Origin: Mustelus asterias
Lineage: Eukaryota
Direction of reading: 5' to 3'
Assembly: GCF_964213995.1 (NCBI RefSeq)
Contig: NC_135830.1
Span: 7,006,001 to 7,070,000, forward strand
DNA length: 64,000 nucleotides
Made by a program: the position numbers and the translations under genes
The notes under the pieces: model-generated
What the model was told of the DNA's origin: nothing
What the model saw: only the letters and a program-made list of their open reading frames with translations
The model's database searches: none
Shown here: one piece after another, positions 63,660 to 64,000 of the stretch
Numbering within the stretch: position 1 is the first letter of the stretch
How the letters are laid out: each line of letters starts with the position of its first letter

Positions 63660-63910
63660 CCGGTGGCATTTGAATGAGGGTGGGATCAAGGGGCCCGAGT
63701 AAAACTAGTCAATAAGAATCGGCGGGAAATTCTTCTCTGTTTGGAGTCATACTTAGCACAAAGCAACACGGTATTGGTGGTTGGAGGTCAAACATCTAGG
63801 TTCAGATTTCACTGCAGGATTTCGGCAGGGGAGTGTTCTGGGACTAACAATCTTCTACTGCTTCAACAGTGACATTCCATCCAACATGGGGTCAGAAGTA
63901 GGAATTTCCA
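63660..63910 (+). mobile_element. Decayed non-LTR RT fragment
   Basis: gcatttgaatgagggtgggatcaagg (AFDRVWHQG-like) and cagggagtgttctgggac (QGSVLG-like). Confidence 0.6.
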
Positions 63911-64000
63911 TGTGCTACACCGGACAAAAACACCCAAAAAATAAGAAGGGAATTGGCTGAGACCAAGGCCGCCTGGCTCCCAATACTGGTTGATTCCTGT

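Noticed and set aside
56681-64000. Constant-region (C-mu) exon
   Set aside because: No C1-set Ig exon recognised; it presumably lies beyond the window

Overview
Vertebrate, non-prokaryotic DNA from a cartilaginous fish (shark), judged by the CR1/HER1-type LINEs, HE1-like tRNA SINEs, a shark-type ~60-bp satellite and the Ig gene layout. The core feature is an apparently intact, unrearranged IgM-type heavy-chain cluster on the + strand. It consists of a leader (54931-54976), VH (55101-55405), D1 (55844-55860), D2 (56227-56238) and JH (56633-56680), with RSS spacers in the shark arrangement V23 / 12-D1-22 / 12-D2-12 / 23-J. No constant exon was recognised in the 7.3 kb downstream. The ~40 kb upstream is built from two nested tandem duplications that left two VH pseudogenes (~30.5 kb and ~45.2 kb), which share a promoter+leader deletion and a Rex1-type insertion. 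Each duplicated unit carries an unusually well-conserved non-coding block with an Ig octamer, a forkhead palindrome and an IRF-like motif; this is a candidate upstream enhancer. The J-C intron has a strong CTCF-like site within a 5-copy motif, plus octamers. The first 3 kb seem to hold a decayed IL-1-receptor-family (Ig-TM-TIR) pseudogene. Penelope-type terminal repeats with vestigial hammerhead-like motifs flank an inverted copy of local sequence. The rest is LINE/SINE/satellite. All alignments were done by eye, so identities and repeat boundaries are approximate.
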